A program made the position numbers and the translations under genes. Under the pieces are notes generated by a model. It ran no database searches. It had not been told where the DNA came from and worked only from the letters and a program-made list of their open reading frames with translations. Positions 39,090 to 48,933 of a DNA stretch of 64,000 nt are shown piece by piece. The first letter of the stretch is position 1. The number at the start of each line of letters is the position of its first letter. Source of the stretch: Methanothrix sp. (GTDB lineage: Archaea; Halobacteriota; Methanosarcinia; Methanotrichales; Methanotrichaceae); the NCBI GenBank assembly GCA_963682135.1, contig OY821645.1:1472001-1536000 (forward strand). The letters run 5' to 3'.

Positions 39090-40112
39090 ATGGTCGATAG
39101 CCTGTTGATGATCAAGGCCGAGGAGATCCTGGAAAAGATCGAGAAGGGCAAACCGGTAGAGTATGAAAACGTAATCATCTATGGCGACCTGGATCTGCAC
39201 CGGCTGGATTTACCATTCAATAGAGCCAAGCAAAGAATCGTAAAATCAATAATAAAAATCGAATACTCGGTCATCAAGGGCGATGTATTCTTCGATCACG
39301 CAGCCTTCGCCGGGCTGGTGGACTTTGACGGCACATCTTTCACCGAGGCGGCCAACTTCTCAGGGTCTCACTTTCAGGAGGATGCCGGCTTTTCCGATGC
39401 GCAATTTCAAAGAGAGGCCAACTTCACCAGATCTCACTTTGCCATCGATGCCAATTTCTCTAGGGCCAAGTTCAATGATGCCGACTTTGGCCGGGCGAGG
39501 TTTGATAAATATTTTCATCTGGCCAATGCCAAGGTATACACATTAAATCTATCGGATGCGATCTTCTCGGACGGATCGAGCATCCACCTCAAGGACTTCA
39601 ATTTCAGCCGAATGGTCGTCCGCTGGAATATCATCAAAGAGCACATCCCCTTTAACGGTTCTGTGTACCTGACGCTCACCAGAAACTTTCGAAACCTGGA
39701 GCAGTTCGAGGACCAGGACGACTGCTATTATCAATATCGAAAGGAAAAGCAGTCGCTATCTCACAAATTCTTCCCCAAGTTCTTCGATTATTTGGCATGG
39801 ATCTCCTGCGGCTACGGAGTTCGTCCTTCCCATACCATTCTTCTCAGTCTGGCCATAATTCTATTCTTCGCAGGGATCTTTTGGGCAGGAAACGCTCTTT
39901 CGCCGGACGCTATGGGCGTGCATTCACAAGTGAAGGCGATCGTATCGACCAATGATGCGTTCTATTTCAGCAGCATGGAGTTTTTGGGCAAGACTCCCCA
40001 GAATTTCAGCATCATTGAGGGCTATGAGGTCCTGACGGTGATAGAGACGCTGCTTGGGTGGCTGCTTATGGCCCTCTTTCTGGTGACACTCAGCCGGGTG
40101 ATGTTGAGGTAA
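39090..40112 (+). CDS. Pentapeptide-repeat protein with C-terminal 2TM/pore (Ion_trans_2-like) domain
   Basis: A.F..A.F repeats; CGYGVRP; FYFSSMEFLG; ETLLGWLLMALFLVTL. Confidence 0.85.
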   Translation: MVDSLLMIKAEEILEKIEKGKPVEYENVIIYGDLDLHRLDLPFNRAKQRIVKSIIKIEYSVIKGDVFFDHAAFAGLVDFDGTSFTEAANFSGSHFQEDAGFSDAQFQREANFTRSHFAIDANFSRAKFNDADFGRARFDKYFHLANAKVYTLNLSDAIFSDGSSIHLKDFNFSRMVVRWNIIKEHIPFNGSVYLTLTRNFRNLEQFEDQDDCYYQYRKEKQSLSHKFFPKFFDYLAWISCGYGVRPSHTILLSLAIILFFAGIFWAGNALSPDAMGVHSQVKAIVSTNDAFYFSSMEFLGKTPQNFSIIEGYEVLTVIETLLGWLLMALFLVTLSRVMLR

Positions 40113-40168
40113 GGATTGCCTGGCTGCATGGCAAAAATGACGAAGTGAGCACTATGTGCTTATTATCA

Positions 40169-40579
40169 TTATTTATTCTTTATCGCCCCACTTCTATTAA
40201 TTAAATAATATCCAATGGATAGCGCTATAATTAATGCCGAAAGCCCGATCAACTCCATGTCATTCGGGTCTCCTTCTATCTCCATGATGATGACTTTCCT
40301 GGATATTGCGATCAAGGCCACCAGCAACGCAATCAGCACATTAAACGTCTTATCTTGTTTAAAGTTCTTGAAGGTCTCCAGAAGCTCCACACCTATGAGC
40401 ACCAACAGTATGCTTCCGAAAAAGCTCAGAAGCTCGTTGATTTGCAGGTTTAAGGGAGGTAATAGCAGGTATTTGGCCAGGTTGTAGATCACATCTATCG
40501 TGACCAACAGCGTTACCAGAGTCATTGTCCATGCCAAGATGGTCAATATCGCATTCTGAAAACGTTCAATGTATGTCAT
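40169..40579 (-). CDS. PsiE-family membrane protein
   Basis: LLVLIGVELLET, ALIAISRKVII. Confidence 0.85.
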   Translation of the reverse strand: MTYIERFQNAILTILAWTMTLVTLLVTIDVIYNLAKYLLLPPLNLQINELLSFFGSILLVLIGVELLETFKNFKQDKTFNVLIALLVALIAISRKVIIMEIEGDPNDMELIGLSALIIALSIGYYLINRSGAIKNK

Positions 40580-40776
40580 GAATCTGAGTCCTTCTTCTGA
40601 AAGCTCGGCTCAATGTACTGAGCTATAAAATGTCGTATGTTTCACTATAAAGCCATTTCTTAAGAAGTCCTATAGCTGATACTTTGGCGGACATTCTTTC
40701 CTGCCATCCATCCGCAAACTACAATATATTCCCTCGACGGAAATCCTTAAATACGGCGATTGACGTACAGTGTACT

Positions 40777-40835
40777 GGCGAAAGTCGACTGTCCATTTTC
40801 CCTCCTACACAAGGTGACTTTTGCCTCCCTCCTGA
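40777..40835 (+). ncRNA. Candidate ~60-nt sRNA with two UCCCUCCU anti-SD motifs
   Basis: TTAAATA box 40747-40753; stem GGCGAAAGTC (40777-86)/GACTTTTGCC (40816-25); TCCCTCCT at 40799 and 40826; separate TATA at 40845 for the next gene. Confidence 0.5.
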
Positions 40836-40880
40836 TTCAAAACAATTATAAACCTCGGATATGAAAGGTCGTCAGAGGTT

Positions 40881-41189
40881 TTGAGAGTGCTCAAGCATAT
40901 CGTTATGTTCAAGCTCAAGGAATGGGCTGAGGGTGGCGACAGGGCGGCAAATATCAAGGCGCTGAAAGAAAAGTTGGAGGCTCTGCCTGCCCAAATCAAG
41001 GAGATAAGGTTCTTCGAGGTGGGTATCAACTTCATCGAGGCTAGCGTGGCTTACGATATGGTCCTGGTTTCTGAGTTTGAGAGCAAAGAGGCTCTTTTCA
41101 GCTATCAGAAAAACCCCGAGCACGTCCTGGTGGCAGGCTTTGTCGGCAGAGTATGTGAGAGCCGGATAGTAGTTGATTATGCCCTCTGA
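40881..41189 (+). CDS. Dabb-family stress-responsive alpha/beta barrel protein
   Basis: KHIVMFKLK, YDMVLVSEFES, YQ..PEH, RIVVDY. Confidence 0.9.
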   Translation: MRVLKHIVMFKLKEWAEGGDRAANIKALKEKLEALPAQIKEIRFFEVGINFIEASVAYDMVLVSEFESKEALFSYQKNPEHVLVAGFVGRVCESRIVVDYAL

Positions 41190-41445
41190 TACATCTTTTC
41201 CAATGAAAATCGGCGTATGCGGTATCGCCTGTCAGGCCTGTCCACGCATGTCCTCTGGCAAATGTCCTCATGGCGAGGTGGGCTGCATTGCCCAGGAGAA
41301 CAGGATGTGCATGGTTGCCACCTGTGCTTTTCGAAAAGGCGTGGCTCTGTGCTTCCAGTGCCCGCAGTTTCCTTGCGAGACCACCAAGCTTGGGCCGATA
41401 AGCTATGGTTATTGCTGCTTTATCTCCGGGAAGGAAATGCCCTAG
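41173..41445 (+). CDS. DUF3795-like Cys-rich protein (likely start MKIGVCG)
   Basis: GVCGIAC..CP...C..C...C..CA..KG..LCFQC.QFPC. Confidence 0.8.
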   Translation: MIMPSDTSFPMKIGVCGIACQACPRMSSGKCPHGEVGCIAQENRMCMVATCAFRKGVALCFQCPQFPCETTKLGPISYGYCCFISGKEMP

Positions 41446-44006
41446 CTGATCTCGTCCTTCAGCCCCTTCTGGAAATGGCCGTGGGTTATGCCTCCCAGAG
41501 CCAGGGGCCGGATGGACTCCTTCAGGCTTTCCAGATCTCGGCGGAGAGTTTCGCTTCCCTTCTCGGTCAGATCTATGGCTTTTCTGTAAATCTCCGTCAC
41601 CATGCGGGCGTACTCTCGCGTCCGACCCCGCGCGTCCATAGCCACACCATCCAGACCGATGGCGAAGATCTCTGGCATCTGGTCCAGCAGGCAGGTCTCG
41701 GCGGAGTTGAATATGTGCGTTCTATGATCATCATCCAGGCGCATGGGAAATATGCGTCTCATGTCCTGCAGGCCCCAAAATTCTTTTGGATCGTATACTC
41801 CTTTGGCCAGAAGGGGCATGCAGTCCTCGGCCACCATGACCTCCAAGTTGCCCTGCACCAGCAGCTCCATCTTTGCTGCATCGTAAAGATGGCGCACGGC
41901 GCCTGCCGTAGCGGCCAGTTGGCGGCAAGAGAGCTCCGGGGAAAGGGTGAGAAGCTCCAAGGGCGGAGAGAACGCTTGCACAGTCAGATGATTGCAGACA
42001 TTAAGGCCAGAGGCTCCAAAGATATGGACATCGGGCCTGGCCTCTATTGCCGCCTGCATGGCTCCTACGTTCTCCACCATAACAGCATCGATTTTTGCCT
42101 CGGACAGCAATGGCCCGGCAAATTTGAAAAAATCAGCATGCGTGATCTTAGGCCATTTCCAGATCAACGGCACTTTTCCGCATATGGCCTTAGCCTCATC
42201 TATCAGCTTCGCGGCCTTTGCGGCCCGATCTTTCTCCTCCCATCCTAAAACCGGCTCAAAGTAAACCCGCTGGCACCCGCCCTCTACTGCGCCCCTCACA
42301 GTCTCCAGGCTGTCGGCATAAACCGCCAGTGACGGCACACGGCCTGCAGAAGAGCCAGCAGCTGCGACACTGACAGAGGCAGGAGCTGATAGGTTCATCT
42401 CCCTCAATATATCTCGAGCCGTCTCTACATTCTCCTTTGTGGGGCGTCTCTCTTCAAGAAGTGCCTCCTGTACCTTTTCCAGGAGATCGCGCCGCAACTG
42501 GTTCAGGGCGCCCAGGGGGGCGAAGAGATCTCCTGCGTAGTCCATGGTAATCTTGCGAACGACAAAAGGAGTTTTGCCCGTTCGCAGCATCTGCGATTCA
42601 ATCTGCTGTCGGGATGTTGGCTGATTTTTGGCCTTTTCCATTTTAAAGGAAGCTTTTACCTGAACGACCCGTCCGCCTGGCAGCTCGGCCTGAAGCAGAG
42701 GCATTCCTTCCTGCCAGGTAAGGGTCAGATCCAGTGGGATCTGTATCTTGGCGGAGGCGATGATCTCCTGCGCTTTTTTGGCCAGAGCATTGCTGCCCGT
42801 CAGATAGACTTTGGCTCCGGGGCGCACCCTCTCCGGCGTCATCAACCGCAATAGGCCATCTTTCTGCACCACTTTTTGCACTACCAGGCCATTCTCCTGG
42901 CCCGGAGACTGAAAGACCAGGCCGTCGCCCTTCTCAGGGCAAAAGGGCCCTGTGAGCCTTACCGCCGCCTCGCCTCTCTGTACATCGAAGGAGGCCACGC
43001 TGCCGATGAGAACGCCCCGGTTGTCCGACATCTCCCGGCCCATGACATCCCTGGCTCCCAGCAGGTGGCCCTCTGTGAAGTCGCGGTTGAAGGATAATGC
43101 CAGGTCCCTTTCATCCTCAGGAGACGGCGTCCACTTGCCTTTGGCAATGGCCTGCATGGCTCTCTTGTAGATGCTGGTTACCACGGCAACGTACTGCGCA
43201 GACTTCATTCTCCCTTCAATCTTCAGAGACTCTACCGGCGAGCGGACGATCCTGTCCAGATGTCTGTAGACGCAAAGGTCGCGGGTGGAGATGAGAAATC
43301 GTTCTCTTTGCGGCTGAGCCACCAGGCTGGCCGGGCGACCGTATCGGTCCTTTTCTCCTCTGAGCAGCACGTAGGGCTTTCTGCAGGGCTGGGCGCACAT
43401 GCCACGGTTGCCGCTGCGTCCACCGATGGCCGAGGAGAGAAGACACTGTCCGGAATAAGAGTAGCATAGAGCGCCATGCACGAAAATCTCCAGGCCGATT
43501 CGCGGTGGTTTTGTCTGCTTTCCCGGCTCTTGCCTCATCTCTCTATCTATCTCATTTATCTCGTCCAGGCTCACCTCTCTGGCCAGGACAGCTCTTTTCA
43601 ATCCAGCGCGGGCCGCCCAGAGTGCTCCCTGCCGGTTATGGATGGTCATCTGAGTGGAGGCGTGCCTCTCCAGCTCAGGCACTATTTGGCTGGCCAGCAA
43701 AGACGCGCCAGGGTCCTGCAAGAGCACAGCATCTGCGCCCATTTCATAGAGCCTGAGAAGATATTTTGCGACGTCGGAAAGCTCGTTTTCTCTGATGAGA
43801 GTGTTTACCGTCACATAGACTTTCACGCCCGCCAGGTGTGCGTAGTCTATGGCCTTGGCCAAAGCTGTATCATCAAAGTTTGCGGCGAACTTTCTTGCAC
43901 CGAATCTCTTGCCGCTCAGGTAAACGGCATCCGCTCCTGCGGCAATGGCTGCAGTCAGAGCCTCTGGCGAGCCGGCGGGGGCGAGCAGCTGTGGCAGTCG
44001 TTTCAA
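41442..44006 (-). CDS. Peptidase U32 family protein with DUF3656 (RlhA-like RNA hydroxylase)
   Basis: LLAPAG, GADAVY, HASTQMT, HGALCYSYSGQC..NRGMCAQPCR, LKIEGRMK. Confidence 0.9.
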   Translation of the reverse strand: MKRLPQLLAPAGSPEALTAAIAAGADAVYLSGKRFGARKFAANFDDTALAKAIDYAHLAGVKVYVTVNTLIRENELSDVAKYLLRLYEMGADAVLLQDPGASLLASQIVPELERHASTQMTIHNRQGALWAARAGLKRAVLAREVSLDEINEIDREMRQEPGKQTKPPRIGLEIFVHGALCYSYSGQCLLSSAIGGRSGNRGMCAQPCRKPYVLLRGEKDRYGRPASLVAQPQRERFLISTRDLCVYRHLDRIVRSPVESLKIEGRMKSAQYVAVVTSIYKRAMQAIAKGKWTPSPEDERDLALSFNRDFTEGHLLGARDVMGREMSDNRGVLIGSVASFDVQRGEAAVRLTGPFCPEKGDGLVFQSPGQENGLVVQKVVQKDGLLRLMTPERVRPGAKVYLTGSNALAKKAQEIIASAKIQIPLDLTLTWQEGMPLLQAELPGGRVVQVKASFKMEKAKNQPTSRQQIESQMLRTGKTPFVVRKITMDYAGDLFAPLGALNQLRRDLLEKVQEALLEERRPTKENVETARDILREMNLSAPASVSVAAAGSSAGRVPSLAVYADSLETVRGAVEGGCQRVYFEPVLGWEEKDRAAKAAKLIDEAKAICGKVPLIWKWPKITHADFFKFAGPLLSEAKIDAVMVENVGAMQAAIEARPDVHIFGASGLNVCNHLTVQAFSPPLELLTLSPELSCRQLAATAGAVRHLYDAAKMELLVQGNLEVMVAEDCMPLLAKGVYDPKEFWGLQDMRRIFPMRLDDDHRTHIFNSAETCLLDQMPEIFAIGLDGVAMDARGRTREYARMVTEIYRKAIDLTEKGSETLRRDLESLKESIRPLALGGITHGHFQKGLKDEIS

Positions 44007-44569
44007 TTTTGATCGCCTGCGATGTCATCAATGGCTTTCATTACACTTTGCCACTGCGGGCAATAGTATACTTGTTCTGCATACTCTTCAATATCTGTGC
44101 CATTCAGGCTCCAGGGATGCAGGAAGAGAATTCCTCGTCGATCTGGATTGCTTCTTACAAATTCCACGATGTTCATATCCAGGTCATCTATCAGCACATC
44201 AGAGGGTATATTGTGCTTGGTGCCGGTCCTGGCATGATAATACTGCGTGAGGCAGGGAAAATGCAAAGAGAGCCATTTTCTCGTTGCCTCCTCGGCATTG
44301 GGCCTTCTCGCCGTCACCACGATTACATCACGCTTGCATAGCTGCTTTATGGCTTTTTGCGAGCCTTCGATCAACGGAACTCTCATAACATATTCCGGGT
44401 CGGCCAACAACCGGGCTATCTCCGCCCATATCTCTATTCCCGCAAAGCTCCAATGGGCACGATTGATATCGCTCTTGGAATACTTCAGTCCATAATCTTT
44501 TTCAATTTCCAGCAAAACCGCACTGACTTGATCAGCCAGAACTCCGTCAATGTCTACTGCGATCTTCAA
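44003..44569 (-). CDS. HAD-superfamily 5'(3')-deoxyribonucleotidase-like phosphatase
   Basis: IAVDIDGVLAD, VVTAR, LIDD. Confidence 0.85.
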   Translation of the reverse strand: MKIAVDIDGVLADQVSAVLLEIEKDYGLKYSKSDINRAHWSFAGIEIWAEIARLLADPEYVMRVPLIEGSQKAIKQLCKRDVIVVTARRPNAEEATRKWLSLHFPCLTQYYHARTGTKHNIPSDVLIDDLDMNIVEFVRSNPDRRGILFLHPWSLNGTDIEEYAEQVYYCPQWQSVMKAIDDIAGDQN

Positions 44570-44741
44570 ACCATGCCACTCCCAGAATTGCTCATCAAGC
44601 CTTTTCGCTCACAATAGTTCAACGAATGCATGGCATGATAAATCTTTTCTTGATCCAGGAGATGGCAAACGAAAAAATGCTATGCAACGCATACATGGGT
44701 TATTTATTGTAGGAGAAAGCAATTTTATTGAGGTGAATGGG

Positions 44742-45743
44742 ATGAGGTTTACTAAAGCAATTCTCGTTTTGATGACCCTTGTTATGCTCTGCTCAGCTGG
44801 GCAGGCATTGCAGGCGTTTTCGGGAGATACAGTCTCCATAGACTCGGCAGTTGCCGACGATATTATCGCAGCGGGCAATATGGTGAGCATTAATGCCCCG
44901 GTAGATTCGGCCATAGTGGCAGGCGGCAGCGTGAACATCAATGCCCCGGTGAAGGGAGACGTCATCGCCGTCGGTGGGCAGGTCTATGTTAATGCTGATG
45001 TGGGGGGAAAAGTAGTAGCAGCCGGCGGAAATATTAACCTGGGGGGAAACGTGGGCACCAATCTGGTAGCAGCGGGCGGCCAGGTGAATATCCTTCCCGA
45101 CAAAATGGTGGGAAGAGATGCACTCATCGGCGGCGGCCAGGTGGTTAACGCCGGACGGGTCAACGGCACCATCACGGTTAGCGCCAACCAATTCAATAAT
45201 ACCGGCTCGGCGGGATTGGTAAAATTCTACAAGGCAGAAGACCCATCTCCGAAGAGAGAGGATTATGATACGGGCTTTAGCATCTTCAGCTTGCTCGCCA
45301 TGCTCGGCTACTTCATCTTGGGGTTGATCTTGGTTAAGTCAGCGCCCGGCATCATGCAGGCAGTGGACGGCGAGGTGAGAAGCTCAACTCTTCTCAAGAC
45401 CTTACTGGGTTTTGTTATGATCATCGCCTCATTTATTGCTTTGCTGCTGGTGGCGGCTACTGTTGTGGGCCTGCCCATCGCCGTGATCTCAACTCTGCTC
45501 GTCTTCGCCGCCCTCATGCTGAGCGGAACCTTCGTCTCCTTCAGCCTGGGAAAATGGATCGGAGAGCGGGCCAAGATCAATCAGGGAGACCTGATATATT
45601 TCATAATCGGATTTGTGATCCTCAATGTGCTCTCTCTCTTGCCCTTTGTGGGCGGTCTGGTCTCATTGGTCTCCATGAGCCTGGGATTCTCGGCCATCCT
45701 TTTTGCAGCGCGAAGGATGACCGGCCAGGCAAAGGCGGCATAA
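44742..45743 (+). CDS. Bactofilin-like beta-helix repeat protein with C-terminal TM domain (ORF track start 44550)
   Basis: Signal peptide MRFTKAIL; AGG.V.INA.V.GD repeats; 5-6 TM helices; GAGGTG RBS. Confidence 0.8.
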   Translation: MRFTKAILVLMTLVMLCSAGQALQAFSGDTVSIDSAVADDIIAAGNMVSINAPVDSAIVAGGSVNINAPVKGDVIAVGGQVYVNADVGGKVVAAGGNINLGGNVGTNLVAAGGQVNILPDKMVGRDALIGGGQVVNAGRVNGTITVSANQFNNTGSAGLVKFYKAEDPSPKREDYDTGFSIFSLLAMLGYFILGLILVKSAPGIMQAVDGEVRSSTLLKTLLGFVMIIASFIALLLVAATVVGLPIAVISTLLVFAALMLSGTFVSFSLGKWIGERAKINQGDLIYFIIGFVILNVLSLLPFVGGLVSLVSMSLGFSAILFAARRMTGQAKAA

Positions 45744-45792
45744 TGTGTAAGTAGAATCTTTATTTAAATTTTTAATTTTAAGCTTAATAACA

Positions 45793-45806
45793 CGCAGCAT
45801 GCTGCG
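45793..45806. repeat. Perfect 14-bp palindrome CGCAGCATGCTGCG
   Basis: Self-complementary sequence read directly, at left edge of the AT-rich island. Confidence 0.8.
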
Positions 45807-46162
45807 CGAGTGCTCCGCAGCGATTACATTGGTAGCTAAAATTCACTGGCACCTATGGCAATTGCTTGGCTAAATGAATTGTCTTAGTTCTATATTACAT
45901 TATAAATATAACAACATTAGATGAACTAATAATCTCAAGGAGAACAGACCATGCTATGAACGAGGGGTCTCCAATTTGACCGCTTCCAAATGCGTCAGCA
46001 ACAGAGGTGAATAGTGCCGCAGCATGAAGGAAACAGAAGGCGACCATCCATTCATTTATAAAAGGAACTGCTGAACGGAGATTAATCGAAATATGATATC
46101 TAGTTATAAATAATTTGTTATCGGACGGAAAGTTATTTATTGTCTTGGAAGGATAATTAATT

Positions 46163-47755
46163 ATGTTCCATTCAGCATTTGCTGGCGATATCTCGAACAG
46201 AAGGTTATGGCGAGTGTTTCTTTGCGCTGCGGCCGCAATGCTGGCCGTATGTTTGGCCCATGCAGAAAATATAACTATATGCGAGGAAGGATGCAGCTAT
46301 GTTAATATAACTGCAGGCATAGCCGCTGCAAAGCCAGGAGATACCCTCGAGGTACATAGCGGAATCTATCGCGAGAACATCAACGTAACCAAGCCGATTG
46401 CCTTGTTAGGCATAAACACAGAAAAAGGAAGGCCTGTAGTAGATGCGAGTTATAAGGGAAGCGCGATAATCCTTTCAGCCGACGGGGTCAAAGTAGATGG
46501 ATTTGAGCTGAGATCTGCGTTAGGCAATCCTTACGTAGAATGGGCTGGCATCCTGGTCACATCAAATAATAATATCATTTCCAATAATATAGCTGTAGAT
46601 AATGACAACGGCATATATTTGTCTGGATTCGCTAACAATACCATTTTGCACAATAATGCGACCAATAATATAAACGGAATATGGCTCAATAAGTCCAATA
46701 GCAATAAACTCGGCAGCAATTACCTCGAAAGCAACAACCTTGGTTTAATCGTAGAATCATCTGCGGGCAACATTTTGGATGGAAATCATGCAACAAACAA
46801 TGACTACGGCATCCTGTTAAAATCATCAGAGGGCAATGCTTTAAAAGATAACCTGATGTACGAAAACAGCTACAACTTCGGAGCCGATGGCATCAATGAT
46901 GTATTACTAAGCAATTTAGTGGACAATAAGCCAGTCTATTTCTTGGTTCGGGCTTCAGGAAAAATCATAGACTCTTCCACTCGTGCCGGGGCTGTATATT
47001 GCATTGATTGCACAAATGTGACTATAAAAGATCTCATCATGGAGAATAATCAATACGGCATTTTCCTGAGCAATACCACTCACTCTGAGCTGGTGAACAA
47101 TAGGCTTACCAACAACACTTACGGAATAAGGCTAGTCTCTTCTCCAAAAAATATTATCCGGAATAATGAGATTACTAACAACCTCCTTGATGGCTTATCA
47201 TTAGATTCATCCAACAACAACATCATTGAGAATAATAGGGCCTACAAGAACCATGGTTACGGCCTGATAATATTGTACTCCGTCGACAACTCAGTGATCA
47301 CGAACAATATCAGCATTAACGACAATGGCATGGGCATTAATGACTCCAGTAATAATCTAATATCAAGAGATTTAATCGAATCCAATATAAATAGCGGCTT
47401 GTTGCTAAGGAACGCCAGCTACAACAACATTTCTTTGAACGCCTTAAATGACAGCCCTAGAGCAGTATGGTTGATCTCATCGTTCAAGAATTATATTGAG
47501 AGAAATGGCATCTTTGGCAATATCGATGGGATAACACTAGAATTCAGCAAAAACAATACTATAATCAAAAACAAAATTGGCAGTAATCGTAACGGCGTTT
47601 TATATGACATAGGATTTGATAATATTATGAGTGATAACGCCATGATTGGCAATGCAGAAGATCAAATAAAACTAATATCAACAACGACCGAGCAGCCGCC
47701 GGTTAGGCGAGTCTCTCCTAAATCGAAAGGGAATAAGGGCAAATCAGGAAAGTGA
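46163..47755 (+). CDS. Secreted NosD/CASH beta-helix protein
   Basis: Signal peptide; PGDTLEVHSGIYREN; Asn-rich GI.L..S.NN repeats; SNLVDNKP motif shared with the 26757 paralog. Confidence 0.88.
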   Translation: MFHSAFAGDISNRRLWRVFLCAAAAMLAVCLAHAENITICEEGCSYVNITAGIAAAKPGDTLEVHSGIYRENINVTKPIALLGINTEKGRPVVDASYKGSAIILSADGVKVDGFELRSALGNPYVEWAGILVTSNNNIISNNIAVDNDNGIYLSGFANNTILHNNATNNINGIWLNKSNSNKLGSNYLESNNLGLIVESSAGNILDGNHATNNDYGILLKSSEGNALKDNLMYENSYNFGADGINDVLLSNLVDNKPVYFLVRASGKIIDSSTRAGAVYCIDCTNVTIKDLIMENNQYGIFLSNTTHSELVNNRLTNNTYGIRLVSSPKNIIRNNEITNNLLDGLSLDSSNNNIIENNRAYKNHGYGLIILYSVDNSVITNNISINDNGMGINDSSNNLISRDLIESNINSGLLLRNASYNNISLNALNDSPRAVWLISSFKNYIERNGIFGNIDGITLEFSKNNTIIKNKIGSNRNGVLYDIGFDNIMSDNAMIGNAEDQIKLISTTTEQPPVRRVSPKSKGNKGKSGK

Positions 47756-47777
47756 TAGCGACACAGAATTTGATCAT

Positions 47778-48920
47778 ATGTCAAGGGATTCCAGACTGAC
47801 TCGGCTTGAGGGACTGTTTAGAGGAGCAGGCATACCTTATCCAATTATTTTTATAGTTTTTGGGTTTTTAATCTTTATGGGTTATCTGTTTTTGGGCAGA
47901 ATGATTGAATGGGAATGGTCTCCTGATGATAAGATATCATTCATGCAGACAGGATTCTTGATAGCCTACCAATTATCAGGAATACAGTACTTATTGGACA
48001 ATTTTAGGAAAATTTTATCAGATCTCAGACTTTTGAGATCGGATATCGATGATGATTTCCTCACTGCTGTTGTGAGCAGATTCACATGCTCACTTTGGTT
48101 CTTTATTTTGCTGTCCGTAGTAATATTTCCATTCTATTTAGCCGATTGGATCTCTTCTGATTACACTTTGAAGGAAAATTATACGCTGATGCAACAATTT
48201 ATGCCAACCTATCTGCAGGACCCCAGCTTATGGATTGGTGCATTAGATATCTATCAGGATCTTGTAGGTTTCCTAACCCTTTTCCTGTTGGGATACATCT
48301 TATGGGTTATATTCAATATCGCATGGGCTCTTAGGAGCGCAAGCTTCAACATCATTGGTCGGCCTTCGGAGGTTAGCATTTTTAGTATTCACACGAAACT
48401 GAGGCCTATTAAGAATTCTCTATTAGGCATTTTGTTCTATTACTTTATTTGTATATCATTGCTTATTCTCAATTTGGGTTTAGCCGGCTATCTCTTCGAA
48501 AGAGTCACCCTTTTGGCATTATTGTTGGCAGGTCTTATTTTCTTCTTCGTAGGATACCAATCCCTAAATGAAATCGTCGAGCACCAAATTGATTTTGAAA
48601 TGGATCAGATAAATAAAAAGAGCATGGATTACACTAAAAAGCTATTAGCTATCGATTCAAATGGAGATTCTGGTCCAAAAATCCAAGAAATAAATTTTAT
48701 CTCAAGCATGTTGGAAGTTCTTCAGACGCAAAGAGCATCCCTAAAAGAAGCAAATATAAAAGTGTACGATTTGCGGTCAATTATATCGATTATCAGCGCG
48801 TTTATTCTGCCCATACTAACGGATATTGCTAAGAAGAATTTAAATCTTATGTTAGTGTCTGGAGATCTTGTTAATCAGGGATTATCCATTATATATTCGC
48901 TATTTCACAAAATAATTTAA
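47778..48920 (+). CDS. Hypothetical polytopic membrane protein
   Basis: 380-aa ORF with ~6-7 hydrophobic helices and a coiled-coil-like loop. Confidence 0.75.
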   Translation: MSRDSRLTRLEGLFRGAGIPYPIIFIVFGFLIFMGYLFLGRMIEWEWSPDDKISFMQTGFLIAYQLSGIQYLLDNFRKILSDLRLLRSDIDDDFLTAVVSRFTCSLWFFILLSVVIFPFYLADWISSDYTLKENYTLMQQFMPTYLQDPSLWIGALDIYQDLVGFLTLFLLGYILWVIFNIAWALRSASFNIIGRPSEVSIFSIHTKLRPIKNSLLGILFYYFICISLLILNLGLAGYLFERVTLLALLLAGLIFFFVGYQSLNEIVEHQIDFEMDQINKKSMDYTKKLLAIDSNGDSGPKIQEINFISSMLEVLQTQRASLKEANIKVYDLRSIISIISAFILPILTDIAKKNLNLMLVSGDLVNQGLSIIYSLFHKII

Positions 48921-48933
48921 ATCCGATGATCTT

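Noticed and set aside
41217-42248. 343-aa + strand ORF
   Set aside because: Shadow of the U32 gene; overlaps the DUF3795 gene
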